Source: Squalus acanthias
Lineage: Eukaryota
Reading direction: 5' to 3'
Length of the DNA: 64,000 nt
NCBI GenBank assembly: GCA_030390025.1
Contig: CM059432.1
Span: forward strand, 35,528,001-35,592,000
Shown here: positions 1 through 13,869 of the stretch, in pieces
How positions within the stretch are numbered: position 1 is the first letter of the stretch
How the letters are laid out: the number at the start of each line of letters is the position of its first letter
Translations under genes and position numbers: made by a program
The notes under the pieces: model-generated
Seen by the model: only the letters and a program-made list of their open reading frames with translations
Database searches by the model: none
What the model was told of the DNA's origin: nothing

Positions 1-755
1 GAGGAGCAGAGGATGCAGTTAGGGAAGATTGCATAGCTAGGGTGAAGACCAGGATAAGTACCTGCAACCTTTGAAGGGGAGCAAGGGGTTCTTCCGGTGC
101 CCACGCCAACATTGCTGCCTCAACTAACGCCGACTGAAGCAGGTCATCCATCCCATTGTTATTTGTGTGTTCATAATAAGAGGAACACATCCTCTGTGTT
201 TGTTTAAATACCGGGCTTAAAAGGTAAAATTGTGAGGACAGGTTGCATAAACTTGGCTTGTATTCCCTGGCGTATAGAAGGTTGAGGGGTGATCAGATCG
301 AGTGTTTAAAATGTTAAAATGATTTGCTAGAGCAGATACAGAGAAACTATTTCCTCTGATGGGGGAATCAAGAACAGGGGGACATAATCTTAAAATTAGA
401 GCTAGGCCATTTAGGAGAGAAATCACAAAACCCTTTTTCACGCAAGGGTAGTTGAAATCTGGAACTCGCTCCCCTATAAGGCTGTGGGTGCTGGGACAAT
501 TGGAGCTTTCAAGGTAGAGATCAATAGATGTTTATTGGGTAACGGTATCAAGGGATATGCAACTAAGGCAGGTGAATGGAGTTGAGGTAAAGATCAGCTA
601 CGATCTAATTCAATGAAGGAATAGGCTCGAGGGGCTGAATGGCTTATTCCTGTTTTTATAACAACAGCCTTTGCACATCCTTCCTGATGGTTCCAAGAGA
701 CATGATAAAGGTGCTCAAATATGCAAGGTTTTTTTCCTTCCTTTTCTTCCTTTTG

Positions 756-1188
756 TGTCAGCCGTGGCTCAGGGGTAGTTCTCTCACTTTTGAGTCAGAA
801 GGTCGTGCATTCACGTTCCGCTCCAAAGACTTGAGCACATAATCCAGGCTGACACTCCACTACAATACTGAGGGAGTGCTGCGGCGTTGGATGTGCCATC
901 TTTCGGATGAGATGTTAAACCAAGTCTGCTTTCTCAGGTGGGTATAAAAGATGCCATGGTGGCACTATTGGAAGAAGAGCAGGGGAGTTCTCCTGGTGTC
1001 CTGGCCGATATTTATCCCTCAACCAACATCACTAAAGTAGATTATCTGGTTATTCATCTCATTTTAGCTGTTTGTGAGACCTTGCTGCATGCAAATCGGC
1101 TGCTGCATTTCGTACATTACAACCGACTACACTGGCTGTGAAGGACTTTGCGATGTCCTGAGGTTGTGAAATACAAGTTCTTTCTTTC
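756..1188 (+). mobile_element. DeuSINE (SacSINE1/AmnSINE1-like) tRNA-derived SINE
   Basis: A-box-like TGGCTCAG, Deu-domain-like core (TTTCGGATGAGATGTTAAACC...GAAGAGCAGGGGAG) and an L2-type tail. Confidence 0.8.
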
Positions 1189-1517
1189 TGAGGATGTTCT
1201 TGAAGGCCTGCTACCTCTCATTCTAGTTACGCACAAGTATCTTGTCTTCCGCTGTTAGGGATGGCGGGGGGCGCGGGGTTGCTTAGCCTCTCATCTGTGG
1301 CTATTGTGGTTGATTGTTTAAGAAAAGCCAAGTTCTGCAATATCAGTTTTCCTGTTTCCAATGTGCCAACCTTTCACTATTACTTATTTTCCTTTCTCTG
1401 ATATTGTGGCTTTCAAAGGGGAAGCAGACATGTGTTTGTCTCACAGTTTGATGCATGACCAGCTGCGTGACCTGCTAGGGGCTGCTTGTAGTGAAAGCAT
1501 CAGCTTTCTCCCCTCTT

Positions 1518-3354
1518 GAAGGTATGTGAAAAGGAAAAGACTGGCGAAGGTAAATGTAGGTCCTTTACAGTCAGAGACAGGAGAATTTATAATGGGGAAT
1601 GAGGAAATGGCAGAGAAATTAAATAAATACTTTGTTTCTGTCTTCACGGAGGAAGACACAAAAAACCTCCCAGAAATACGAGAAAACCAAGGTGGCGAGA
1701 ATGAGGAACTTAAAGAAATTATTATTAGTAAAAAAACAGTATTAGCAAAATTAATGGGACTAAAAGTCGATAAATCCCAAGGACAGGATGACCTACATCC
1801 TAGGGTTTTGAAAGAGGTGGCCATTGGGATAGTGGACGCATTGGTTGTCATCTTCCAAAATTCTATAGATTCTGGAACGGTTCCTGCAGATTGGAGGATA
1901 GCAAATGTAACCCCGCTATTTAAGAAAAGAGGGAGAGAGAAAACGGGGAACTACAGACCTGTTAGCCTCACATCAGTAGTTGGGAAAATGCTGGAATCTA
2001 TATTATAAAGGATGCAATAACTAGGCACTGAGAAACTAATAGTAAGATTGGGCAGAGTCAACATGGATTTATGAAAGGGAAATCCTGTTTGACAAACCTA
2101 TTGGAGTTCTTTGAGGATGTAACTAGTGGAGTAGACAAAGGGGAACCGGTAGATGTGGTGTATTTGGATTTTCAGAAGGCCTTCGATAAGGTCCCACACA
2201 AGAGGTTGGTGAACAAAATTAGGGCACATGGAATTGGGGGTAATATACTAGCATGGATTGAGAATTGGTTAACAGACAGAAAACAAAGAGTAGGGATAAA
2301 CGGGTCTTTTTCAGGATGGCAGGCTGTGATTAGTGGGGTACCGCAAGGATCGGTGCTTGGGCCCCAGCTATTCACAATCTATATCAATGATTTGGATGAG
2401 GGGACTAAATGTAACATTTCCAAATTTGCTGATGATACAAAGCTAGGTGGCAGTGTCAGTTGTGAAGAGGATGTGAAGAGACTTCAAGGGGATCTCGACA
2501 GGCTCAGTGAGTGGGCGAGAACATGGCAGATGGAATATAATGTGGATAAATGTGAAGTTAGCCACTTTGGTAGAAAAAACAGAAAGGCAGAGTATTTCCT
2601 AAATGGTGAAAGATTGGAGAATGCAGATGCTCAAAGGGACCTGGGTGTCCTTGTACATGAGTCACTGAAAGTGAATGTGCAGGTGCAGCAAGCCATTAGG
2701 AAGGCAAATGGTATGCTGGCCTTCATTACAAGAGGATTTGAGTACAGGAGTAAAGAAGTCTTACTCCAATTATATAGGGCCTTGGTCAGACCACACCTGG
2801 AGTACTGTGTACAATTTTGGTCTCCTTACCTAAGGAAGGATATACTTGCCATAGAGGGAGTGCAACGAAGGTTCACGAGATTGATTACTGGGATGGCAGG
2901 ACTGTCATATGAGAAGAGATTGAGTAAACTAGGCCTGTATTCTCTTGACTTCAGAAGAATGAGAGAGGATCTCATTGAAGCATACAAAATTATTACAGGG
3001 CTTGATAGGGTGGATGCTGGGAGAATGTTTCCCTTGGCTGGGGAGTCTAGAACCAGGGGCCACAGCCTCAGGATAAAGGGTAGGCCATTCAGGACTGAGA
3101 TGAGAAGAAATTTCTTCACACAGAGGGTGGTGAATCTTTGGAATTCTCTACCCCAGAGGGCTGTGGTAGCTCAGTCATTGGGTATATTCAAAACAGAAGT
3201 TGATAGATTTCTGACTAGTAAGGGCATCAAGGGATATGGCGATAGGTCCGGTGAATGGAGTTGAGGCAGAAGATCAGCAATGATCTCATTGAATGGTGGA
3301 GCAGGCTCGAAGGGCCGAATGACCTACTCCTGCTCCTATTTCTTATGTTCTTAT
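1518..3354 (+). mobile_element. CR1-clade LINE, 5'-truncated (RT domain and 3' UTR)
   Basis: ORFs 1526..2008 and 2071..3264 carry YLDFQKAFDKVPH, SGVPQGSVLGP, KFADDTKL and LVRPHLEYCVQFWSP. The element ends in a TTCTTATG-repeat tail. ORF2 is broken between the two ORFs. Confidence 0.95.
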
Positions 3355-5089
3355 GCTGACTCACCCCTGTGTTGTAGGTGCACGGGTATGGACAGGCCTC
3401 CACTATCGCACCCACTGTGGTGGCTACTCTTCATGGGTGTGCCTAGGCAGAGAATATTGGCAGGCTATTTACTCATGGGGGGCATCACAAAATCCCATTC
3501 TCACCTTAATGCTTATACATGTGCATAGATACAGCTTTCAGCAGGAGTCACTAAATCTCAACCAAAAACTAGAACCCTGATGATTTTCTTGATTCATATA
3601 TTTTTTCTTTCCTTTCCCTACTCTTCCTTTCTTTCCTCTCCCCTCCCCCTTTCCTTCCTCTCTCCTTCCCTTTTTTCCTTCCTCTCCCCTCCCCCTTTCC
3701 TTCCTCTCCCTTCTCCTTCCCTCCTCCTTTTCCCCCTCCTCTACCCCTTTCAGACAAACCCTCCTGTCGAATCTCTTGCCTACTTTCTTTTCATGTTACT
3801 CCTAATTACAATGAAACTGGCACTAAGCCTCGAATGTGAGAATCTGTGGGTTAATTGTCGTGTTGAACACAACTAGCAACAGACGGGCGGTTTATTTGTT
3901 CTCGGAGAAACTCTAACACATTTGTACCAAACTTCTCTCTGTGGTATCTGACCATTTGGTACAAATGTTGTAAGTGTTCCAAGGAGAACAGAACCGACCA
4001 AACGATCTACCTGAGTCCAGGAGGGGAGAAGTGGGTGGGTGGGGACAAATGTAGCTTCCTCATCATGGATTTACAACCGGGGTGGAAGCAACGGAGCAAG
4101 TTATACAATCTCCTACTTAATATTACAGGATTAATATGCTCATCTGTCATTCCTGGGTCCTTCAAAGCATGATTTGTGTTTGGAGACCAACTGAGAGTGC
4201 AATACGTTAGCAGCAAGAACAAGTTAAGTAACGCGGTATGGTTTTGAGGTCAGATCTTTTTTAAAACGAGTGTTGTGCCAGTTATATACATTCCCTCCGG
4301 CCACAGTACATACTTTCTGTGCTGTAAATACTATGTAATTCTATGTAACTACACAAGTGTTCACATTGCGATTCGAATCATACTCCGTTGTGTCTGCACT
4401 GGCAGCTGTGTGTATGCACGCCCGTGCTCTAATGTATATTTCAGTTCTCCTTTATAAAAAAAATGTTGGTTGTAGTTTTCTTCACCTCTATTCCGAAGGC
4501 ATGAGGGTAAATTCGATGTTCGCGCTCTCTCAGTATGGAGCCTCACTCCACAGGCGGAGATGGAGCTAGAACACTGTAGCGTAGATTTCCACAGACGAGC
4601 AAGGCTTCCTCTTGGGGAGTGCAGAATCACTGAACTTTCCCTGTGGTGTCACGGTTACTGGCTGCCCTCGCCCAAATGTCCATCCTTCAGGCATGAGGCT
4701 GGACAGCGAATGTCACCTGTGCATTCCAACCTTTGGTGGTGTCCTGAGGCATTGGCAATAACTCAGTCACGGCCCCAATTAAAGCATTAATTGGCAGATC
4801 TGAACACTTGACTGTATCCAAGTTTTTGCTTTGTTGATCATTTGACATAAAGACTGGCTGACGAGAAAAATTGGATGGATCAGATTAAGTTTCTGGCTTG
4901 GGTTCATCTGTTACCGACAAGTTGAAAGATTGATATTGCGTCTGTACGTAGCATCATGACTGTTCCGAGTATGTTGGTATCTGACTTCAAGCTTTATTTT
5001 GAACTGTGATAATCTTTCTCTTACTGCTGGCTGGCACTGGGCACTTTGGGGCTTGAGCCTTTGCACCCGATAGTAGGGGATCCTTTTTA

Positions 5090-5580
5090 TTTATTCGTTC
5101 ATGGGATGTGGTGTCACTGGCAAGGTCAGCATTTATTGCCCATCCCTAATTACCCTTGAGAAGGTGGTGTTGAGCCGCCTTCTTGAACTGCTGCAGTCCG
5201 TGTGGTGAAGGTACTTCCACAGTACTGTTGGGGAGGGAGTTCCAGGATTTTGACCCAGTGACGAATGACGATATATTTCCAAGTCAGGATGGTGTGTGAC
5301 TTGGAGGGGAACTTGGAGGTGATGGGGTTCCCATGCGCCTGCTGCCCTTGTTCTTCTAAGTAATAAAGGTCGTGGATTTGGGAGGTGCTGCTGAAGAAAC
5401 CTTGGCGAGTTGCTGCAGTGCATCTTGTAGATGGTACACACTGTAGCCACGGTGCGCGGTGGTGAAGAGAGTGAATGTTTAAGTTGGTGGATGGGGTGCC
5501 AATCAAGCGGGCTACTTTGTCCTGGATAGTGTCGAGCATCTTGAGTGTTGTTGGAGCTGCACTCATCGAGGCAAGTGGTG
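5090..5580 (-). mobile_element. 3' fragment of the Zenon-like LINE family
   Basis: Closely matches 51320-51820. Confidence 0.85.
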
Positions 5581-7374
5581 CCTGCCATTGTATTAGCAAC
5601 CTTATGATGGCTTTTTTTTTACCATCTTTGGCAAGCAAAGGAAATATATTCCCATATAATGAGTACAGGAATTGCTAGATGAAAAAAAAAACAAAACCCA
5701 TCTAGTTTGTCATCTACCATCCTGGTAATCACATAATACAACAATAATGGAGATGTTGACTAATCATGGCAATCAATCTCTTAGCACTTAGTCTACAACA
5801 GATCCAGACATAATGTCAGGAAAACCCCATTGGTGGAAAATTCTGGGAACCATAGGTCCAAAGTCATCTGTTCCCCCCCAAGCATGCTACACTTACCATA
5901 TGTCACATCTCAAATTAGTCATATACTGTGTCCAAAAACATTGTTTTCTGAAAGAAATGTATCAAATTTGAATGAAGTAATATTATCCGCTTCCACCATC
6001 TTCTGCCAAAGTGGGGCAAAATGAGCAAAAACTTGCCAATCAGGTTTATATTTTGGACATTTCTGGACACTCAAAGGCCCAATGGTGAGGCTAAAATTCG
6101 ACAGATGGCAAGGCAAATCATCACATTGACCAAAAAAAGGCACTGCTTTGTAGGATGAGGAAGTGAGGCAGGCAGAGTACAGGGAAGTGCGTCTTTATGC
6201 TAAATCCCAATGCAACGTTCATCAACTTCAGATTACAACACTGTTAGATTAGTGCCAGAGATTGGTAAGAAATAGTCCAATCTGAGCTGAAAAAAATGTA
6301 AATAAAAATCCATCCTTTGGATAAGATGATAAATGGCATTATTCAAAAAGAGTTAGGAATTCTCCCAGTGTCCTGGCCACCATTTCTCCCTCAGCTAACA
6401 TGAACAAAACGCAGATTAACTGGTCATTAATCTTACCACTGTGTTTGGGATATTGCTATTGCAAAATGGCTGCCATTTTGCTTCCATATCAACCGTTCCT
6501 GCACTTGAAAAAAGTAGTTCATTGTGTGAACCTCTGAGGCATTTCAACCTGATGATGAGGCAATAACATCAGGCTTCACAATTTAGATCTTTTTTTTCCT
6601 GTGAAAAACTAAACTTGAAGGCTTTACCTGTGATGTGAAAACAAGCAGTCATGCTGAGAGTGCAGTGGGATGTGTGACGTTGTTGTAACTTAAGCTGCAT
6701 CACTTGTATTGCACAGAGAATCCAAGGTACACATAATCATTATCTTGCATTGTTGGATCTAAAAATTTGTGATGGGGACCGACGCACTCACGTGACCGGG
6801 TTTGTTTCTGCGGAGAGGATCTGGGAACGTGCCTCCCCAGAAAATTTATCTGGTCACTATCTCAATCCAGTTTGTGGGCAGCTTTTCTTCGAATAGTGCT
6901 ATAGGATCTTTTACATCTACCTGGGAGGACATATAGGACCTCAGTTTGACGTCTTATCCAAAAGATGGGAAACAGTTGCACATTTTTGAAGAGAATGAGT
7001 TAGATTAAGAGACAGTGCGATAAATCTTGAATTCAACACATTGCAGATGTAGGGAGGAGGATAAGAATGTAGGATGGGCAGAATCATCTGAAATCCAAAC
7101 TTGCGGATGGGAAAAGAATTTGTCACAGTGCAACATCTCAATTGGTGCAACAGACATTGGATGCAAGCAAGTTAACCAGCTCCTTCAAATGTCTAATCCT
7201 GAAACATGACTGTCGAGAGGTCCTTGTGGCTCAGTGGTAAAGCTGAGCACGGGTTATGATACTGATGTGTACAAACTTGGAAGTCCCAAGTGCTATGTTG
7301 TTGAGTGAGCTCTTTTTTTTTGTCAGGAACAGCTCTTTGACGGGCTTCAGTCAGCCTCAGTGGCCCTGGAAAAA

Positions 7375-7832
7375 AGGAAAACTTGCATTTATATTGCGCC
7401 TTTCACGACCTCAGGATGTCCCAAAGCGCTTTACAGCCAATGAAGTACTTTTGAAGTGTATTCACTGTTGTAATGTAAGAAACATGGCAGCCAATTGCGC
7501 ACAGCAAGCTCCTACAAACAGCAGTGTGATAACCAGATAATCTGTTTTTGTTATGTTGATTGAGGGATAAATATTGGCAAAGACACCAGGGATAGCGCCC
7601 TGCTCGTCTTCGAAATAGTGCCATGGGATCTTTTACGTCCACCTGAGAGAGCAGACGGGGCCTCGGTTTAACCTCTCATCCAAAAGACAGCACCTCCGAC
7701 AGTGCAGCACGCCCTCAGCACTGCACTGGAGTGTCAGCCGAGATTTTTGTGCTCAAGTCTCTCGAGTGGGACTTGAACCCACAACCTTCTGACTCAGAGG
7801 CGAGAGCATTACCCACTGAGCCTCGGCTGACA
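7375..7832 (-). mobile_element. DeuSINE, full length
   Basis: Reverse complement of the same consensus; interrupts a MamSINE1-like SINE. Confidence 0.85.
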
Positions 7833-9498
7833 CTAGGGAGAGCAAAAGTCTGCCAACATTCCCACTCCTGATCATTATGGTAGAAAGTATGAATGTACAG
7901 GTGCTGGGCTGTCCTCAGCTGTTATACTTCCTGCAGTTGAATACCCAGCTCAACACTCATTGTCTGGTACACAACATAGGCGAAAGGCCACTTGAGTGTA
8001 GTCCTGGATGGTGGATGGCACCTGTGGAGTAGTAGCTCAGTGAGAGCCAGAACTTTTCACAGAAAGGGTAGTGAAAATCTAGAACTCCCTTCCCTCAAAA
8101 GGCTGTGGAATATTCAAGCATGAGATTTTTGTTTGGCAAGGGTATTGAGGGATATGGAACAAAGGTACAGATCAGCCATGATCTAATTGAATGAAGGAAC
8201 AGGCTCGAGGGGTTGAATGGTCTACTACTCCTGCTATGCTCCTTCAGGAGAGGAGGAGGGAAGTCCACAGGTACAGTGCTTCTTTGGTAAAAGAATATCT
8301 CCAAGTCCTTAACATGCACACTGAGCAAGACGAGGAAGAAATTTAGGTGGGAAGAGAAGTGGTCACAGTAATAGGTATTTAAGGAGGCTTTTGAATACAG
8401 GCGGGAGGAAGCAAGATGAAGTAGGTTATGAAGAGTACTCTGGAGAGAAGGGCTTTCATTCTTTGAAAGGAGGCACCTGAGAGATAGCATTTAAGAGGTA
8501 TTTAAGATTGCAAGTAGTACTGCAAAAATAGATCCAGAACACTACTTGAAATGTAAGTCGTGACAGTTGGACAAGGGGGTACAGGGTCAAACTAATACAA
8601 GACAAATTTAGGAGTGATGTGACCGTGATGAGCATGTGGAGTAAACCTCTGATTTAGGTTGTGGAGATGCAACACCTGGGATCATTTAAGAATGCTACGA
8701 GGGCTCAACGCTAGGTTCATTCCAGGGGGACGATATGACATGAGTCAAATCATCCATATCTCACGTAACTGAATGATTTACCCTCACACCCCAACCCCCT
8801 CCCATTTAATCCAGAGTGAGAGGACTGGAAGTTACAGACAGAGTAGGAAAGTTTGGTAGGAGGCAGTCACTCAGATAAAGTAACATATTTAATTGCTTGG
8901 ATGCCAGAGGGTTGTGGGTAATAGGTTATTTTTCCTGAATCTTCCCCTTGGAATGAAATCCTCCCAAAATTACCAAGTAATTATCCTGTAGAACATTAAC
9001 CTCTTCCATTCGTATTCATCCTCTATATAAAAAAAAAAGCCACTTCTTCTTTCTGTCCAAATAAACTTAGGGACAAAAAGGACGACAACAACAACTTGCA
9101 TTTATATAGCGTCTTTAACAAAGGAAACCATTTCAAGGCGCTTCACAGAAGGGTAATCAGATAAAAATTGACACTGAGCCAAAGAAGGAGATAATAGGAG
9201 GCATGACTAAAAGCTTGGTCAAAGAGGTAAGTTTTAAGGAGGGTCTTAAAGGAGGAGAGAGAGAGGCGGAGAGTTTGGGGAGGGAATTCCAGAGCTTTGG
9301 GCCGAGATGACTGAACCGATGGCAGGGTGAGGGAAGTGGGGGGTGCACAAGAGACCATAGTTGGAGGAACATGGAGTTCTTGGAGGGTTGTAGGGCTGGA
9401 GGAGGTTACAAAAATAGAGGGGTAAGGCCATGGAGGGATTTAAACACAAGACGTGTGTAAAATTAAAAACAAATCTATTTGTGTGATATAGTTTTGCA

Positions 9499-9955
9499 TG
9501 TCAGCCTTGGCTCAGTTGTAGCACTCTCACCTCCTGAGTTAGAAGGCTGTGGGTTCAAGGCCCATTTCGAAGACTTGAGTAAATAATCTCATCTGACACT
9601 CCAGTGGAGTACTGAGGGTGTGCTGTGCTGTTGGAGGTTCTGTCTTTCAGATGAGACGTTAAACCGAGGACCTATCTGCCCTCTTGGGTGGATGTAAAAA
9701 ATTTAATGGGACTATTGGAAGAAGGGCAGGGGAGTTCTCCCCAATATCCTGGCCAATCCCTCAACCAACATTACTAAAACAGATTATCTAGTCATTATCA
9801 CATTGCTGTTTTGGGACCTTGCTGTGCACTAATTGGCTGTCATGTTTACTATATTACAACAGTGAGTACACTTCAAATAGTATTTAGTTGGCCATGAAGC
9901 ACTTTGGGAGGTCCTGAGGCCATGAAAAGCACTTCATAAATGCAAGTTCTTCTTT
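9499..9955 (+). mobile_element. DeuSINE, full length
   Basis: tRNA head, Deu core and ATAAATGCAAG tail. Confidence 0.82.
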
Positions 9956-11530
9956 TCGATATTAATTCATGTTTTATCACGTCATTTTTTTAGACAGAGA
10001 TTTAAAGGCAATTTTTTTTGCCCCCTCATATGTGTCTTTATATGTATTTAAAAAGGCAGTGTTTCTTGAGAGGACTGTCCAATATTGAGATTTTTTTTCT
10101 GCACTGCCTGACAAATCTAACTGCGTGTTCATCTCCGTGCAGATTTATAAAAGTTATTGCTGTTGTAAAGATAGTGATGCTTTTTGAAATATTTTAGTAA
10201 TGATGATGAGACGAAATGTTCTTTTCAATCTCAGGATGCGGGCAGTGCTGCCAGACCACAAAAAATAACATCTCTTTGAACTCGTGTAGTCATAAGTGAG
10301 TGGCTTGCATTGAGTCAACCATATATTAATGGAGTGTTGTGGTTGTGTTACTGGACTAGTAATCTAAATGAAAGGTCATCGACCAGAAACGTTAACTTTG
10401 TTTCTCTCTCCGCACATGCTTCCTGACCTGCTGAGTATTTCCAGCATTTTCTGTTTTTATTTCAGATTTCCAGCCGCAGCATTTTGCTTTTGTAGTAATC
10501 TCGAGGCCTGAACTAATAATCCAGAGAACATGAGTTCAAATCCCACCATGGCCATTTGAGAATTTGACTTTAGTATTTTTTTAAATCTGGAAATAGAAAG
10601 CTGGTGTCAATAAAAGTGACCATAAAGCTGTCAGATTGTCATAAAAATCCAACTGGTTCATTAATGTCGTTTAAGGAAGGTAACCTGCTGTCCTTACCTG
10701 GTCTGGTCTGGCCTACATATGACTCTAGTCTCACACCAGTGTGGTTGACTCTTAACTGCCCTTTGAAGTGGCCTAGTAAGCCACTCAGTTTGGGCAATGG
10801 GGGATGGGGCCAAAGCAGGTTGGGGTACATAATTACAGTGACTATGCTTCAAAAACAATTGATCAGCTGTGAAGAGCTTTGGGATGCCCTGAGAATGTGC
10901 TATAGAAATGCAAGTAATTTTGTTTCTTTACTTGGTCTTGTTCCTTGCTAAGCCACATGTTGCCCTTGCCCGCTACACTACCATCAGTGACTGCCCCATG
11001 TTCCGGAACACCAATTATTTGCATTCATATAGCGCCTCTAATGTAGGAGTGAAAACAGGAAGCACGTTTTCACACACGGTAGTGGAAATCCAAAACACTG
11101 TCCCCCAAAAGGCTGTGGGTGCTGGGTCAATTGAAATTTTCAAAACTGAGATAAATAGATATTTGTTGGGTAAGGGTATCAAGGCAGATGAATGAAGTTG
11201 AAGTACAGTCCTACTCCTGTTCCTAATATCCAAGTAGAAAAACATTCCAAGGCCCTTCAAAGAGATGCAAGGAAAAACAGGTACTGAACCAAAGTGGGAG
11301 ATATTAGTAGGGATGACCATAAGCTTGGCCAAAGTGGTGCATTCTTAAAGGAGGAGAGGGAGGTTGGAGAGGCAGAGAGGTTTGTGGAGGGAATTCTAGA
11401 GCGTTGGGCCTAGGCAGCTGCTAATGATGAGATGAATCAGTGGGATGAAAATCAGATGAGTTCCGCAGTGGGTGATCAATCCACTTTGGCACATTACTGC
11501 TCAAGCAGTGAAGTTGAAAATGAACCCCCC

Positions 11531-11830
11531 AGTGCGGTACTGAGTCATACAGACTAAGAAGGTCCCAGCATTCAATCCCCAGTCTGTGCGGAGTTAGCTC
11601 ATCTCAATCAGGGTGGTGGTAAATGTGTCATAATTGGCCTCCATGTCCCCCTGGATTGCGGGGGGTGGGTTGGGAAATTGGTTCAGGGTTCACTATGCAC
11701 TGAGTCATCCTGAACAGTATGGACATCGGGTGTGGATGTCACCAACCTTGATGTCCCCGTAGCCTTGTGACATTCATTGTCTAGGCTCACACCTGCTGAT
11801 TGGTTACTCGCTTCAGAAGAGGAGGGGAGT
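11531..11830 (+). mobile_element. MamSINE1-like ancient tRNA SINE
   Basis: ACTGAGTCATACAGACTAAGAAGGTCCCAG...GTCTGTGCGGAGTTAGCT...TTGTCTAGGCTCACAC resembles the MamSINE1 consensus as recalled. Related pieces near 7215-8050, 34360-34580, 38530-38660, 58700-58820 and 60345-60495. Confidence 0.55.
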
Positions 11831-11849
11831 AAGCTAAACTGTTTTTTTT

Positions 11850-12626
11850 AAAAAAAGCACATCACACCTTTGAAGGTGGCAGGACAGCTGTTCTAAGGCT
11901 CTTAGAAAAGCATATGGGATCCATGGCTTTATAAATAGATGCATAGAATTTAAAAGCAAGGAAGTGCTGCTAAACCTTTATAAATCACTGGTTAGGCCTT
12001 AGCTGGAGTATTGTGTAGAATTCTAAAAGAATGTCAACAACTTGAAGATGGTGCAGAGGTGATTTGCCAGAATGATAAAAGTGGACTTCAGTTATGTGGA
12101 GAGACTAGAGAAGCTGGAATAAAAACAGAAAATGCTGGAAATACTCAGCAGGTCAGGCAGCATCTGTGGAGAGAGAAACCGAGTTAATGTTTCAGGTCGA
12201 AGACCCTTTGTCAGAACTGGGGCAGAGCTAGAGAAGCTGGGATTGTTCTCCTGAGAGCAGAGAAGATTAATAGAGGTGTTCAAAATTAGGAAAGGTTTTG
12301 ATAGAGCAGCTAGCAAGAAACTGTTTCTACTGGCAACAGGGTCGGTAACAAGAGGATACAGATTTAAGATCATTGGCAAAAGAACCAGAAGAGAGATGAG
12401 GAGATTTTTTTTTATGCAGCGAGTTATGATCTCAGTGCACTGCCTGAAAGGATGATGGACGCAGATTCAATAGTAACTATCAAAAGGGAATTGGATATAT
12501 ACTTAAAAAGGAAAAATTTGCAGGGCTGTGGGGATAGAGTGGCGAAGTGAGAATAATTGGATAGTTCTAAGAGCCGGCACAGGCACGATGAACTGAATGC
12601 CCTCCTTCTATGCTGTATAATTCTAT
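11850..12626 (+). mobile_element. Decayed CR1 3' fragment
   Basis: Degenerate LVRPxLEYC region and CR1 3' UTR; contains a Penelope-type insert. Confidence 0.8.
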
Positions 12627-13527
12627 GGGGGAAAAATTCAGTTGGTTGCGCCTCCCGTTAGCGCCTTAAGAGGGCGCTAATGGGGCGCAAAGCATCTGGC
12701 GCCCAGGCACGGCGAAGTTTGCGCTGCTCGCGAAATTAACTAGACATTTTGCGGCAGCACTAAACACTACCGCCACGATCTCCTGCGCCGGCAGATCGTG
12801 ACGTCAGTCGAGTGCGCAACACCCCGGTATCGCCCCGGAGCGGATATTGAGTGGCACCCCCTGCCTTACCGCCTGACGCTGGCAACGACAGGTTGAGGAG
12901 AGCGTTCTGCAGTCATGAAGGGAAAGGGGGAGCGCTATTTAAAGGTGACCGCTTCCTGCCTTTTATTGTTGGTGACATTTTTGAACTACGCATTCTGAGA
13001 GAGAGAGAGAGAGAGAGAGAGACTTCTGGAGAGATTCAACGTTGTGTGAAGGAGTTTTGGGTACTGAGCAGCACTTTGCAGGTTCATTTTGATTTGCCAT
13101 TCCTTGTATCGATTTAGAAGAGACTGTGGGGGCTGCACTCTGAGCTCTTTGCCTGGTACTCTCCATTGTTCTTTCCAGCACATTTGATGTGCAGGTCTCT
13201 CCAGGCCGAGATTCAAGGCTGCAATGAGCAGGATGTGGATGGAAAGCAAGATTAACCATCCCCTTTAAGAACTGGCCCGTGCCATTGTGTGTGTGTTCCA
13301 TTGCTGACTGACATTACATGAGCTTCGCCAGCGCTCTGAGGTAGCGCCTCGCTCCTCGGCCTTCGCGCCTTAAGACAGGTGTGCAGCGCCTGATTTAGCG
13401 CTCCAATCACCTCCAGGGGCGATAAAAGTCAAGTTTGCAGTCGGTGGCGATAATTAACGCCAGGCGCTAATCTTTGTGCCCAGCCGATAATTGCGCCCCA
13501 AATGGGGCGATACTGAATTTCTCCCCC
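12627..13527. mobile_element. PIF/Harbinger-type non-autonomous DNA transposon (MITE), copy 1
   Basis: TIRs GGGGGAAAAATTCAGT / ACTGAATTTCTCCCCC; 3-bp TSD TAT (12624-26 and 13528-30); CpG-rich subterminal GCGC-type repeats. Confidence 0.85.
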
Positions 13528-13869
13528 TATGATTCAGGGGCATGATTCCCACACTAGAAGTACACAGCCCATTCCGAGTGAAAGAAAAACAACACACACG
13601 ACGACACCCCTTCGAGCAGGGGGCCCATATTACTGTCTGTGCCGACATTCTTCTCGGCCCCAGAGTGGTCTGTATGCCAGCTTCTTCCCGACATCCAGAT
13701 CGATGGGTGGCAGCAAGGTAAGAGCACGAGGGAATTCCAGTCGGGGAAAACGCTCCCATTGGACCTGCCTTCTCCAACACCGTGGGCCAGATTCGCAGCA
13801 AACAGAACTTTCTGCCAGACACCCAAACGCCATTGGAAATTTGTACTATGGGTGGGAACAACAACTAGT

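Noticed and set aside
756..835. tRNA genes at A/B-box motifs
   Set aside because: All such motifs are heads of SINE or LINE copies and continue into repeat bodies.
2071..3264. 397-aa RT ORF as an active or domesticated gene
   Set aside because: It is a 5'-truncated CR1 with no endonuclease and a disruption just upstream; an ordinary recent copy.
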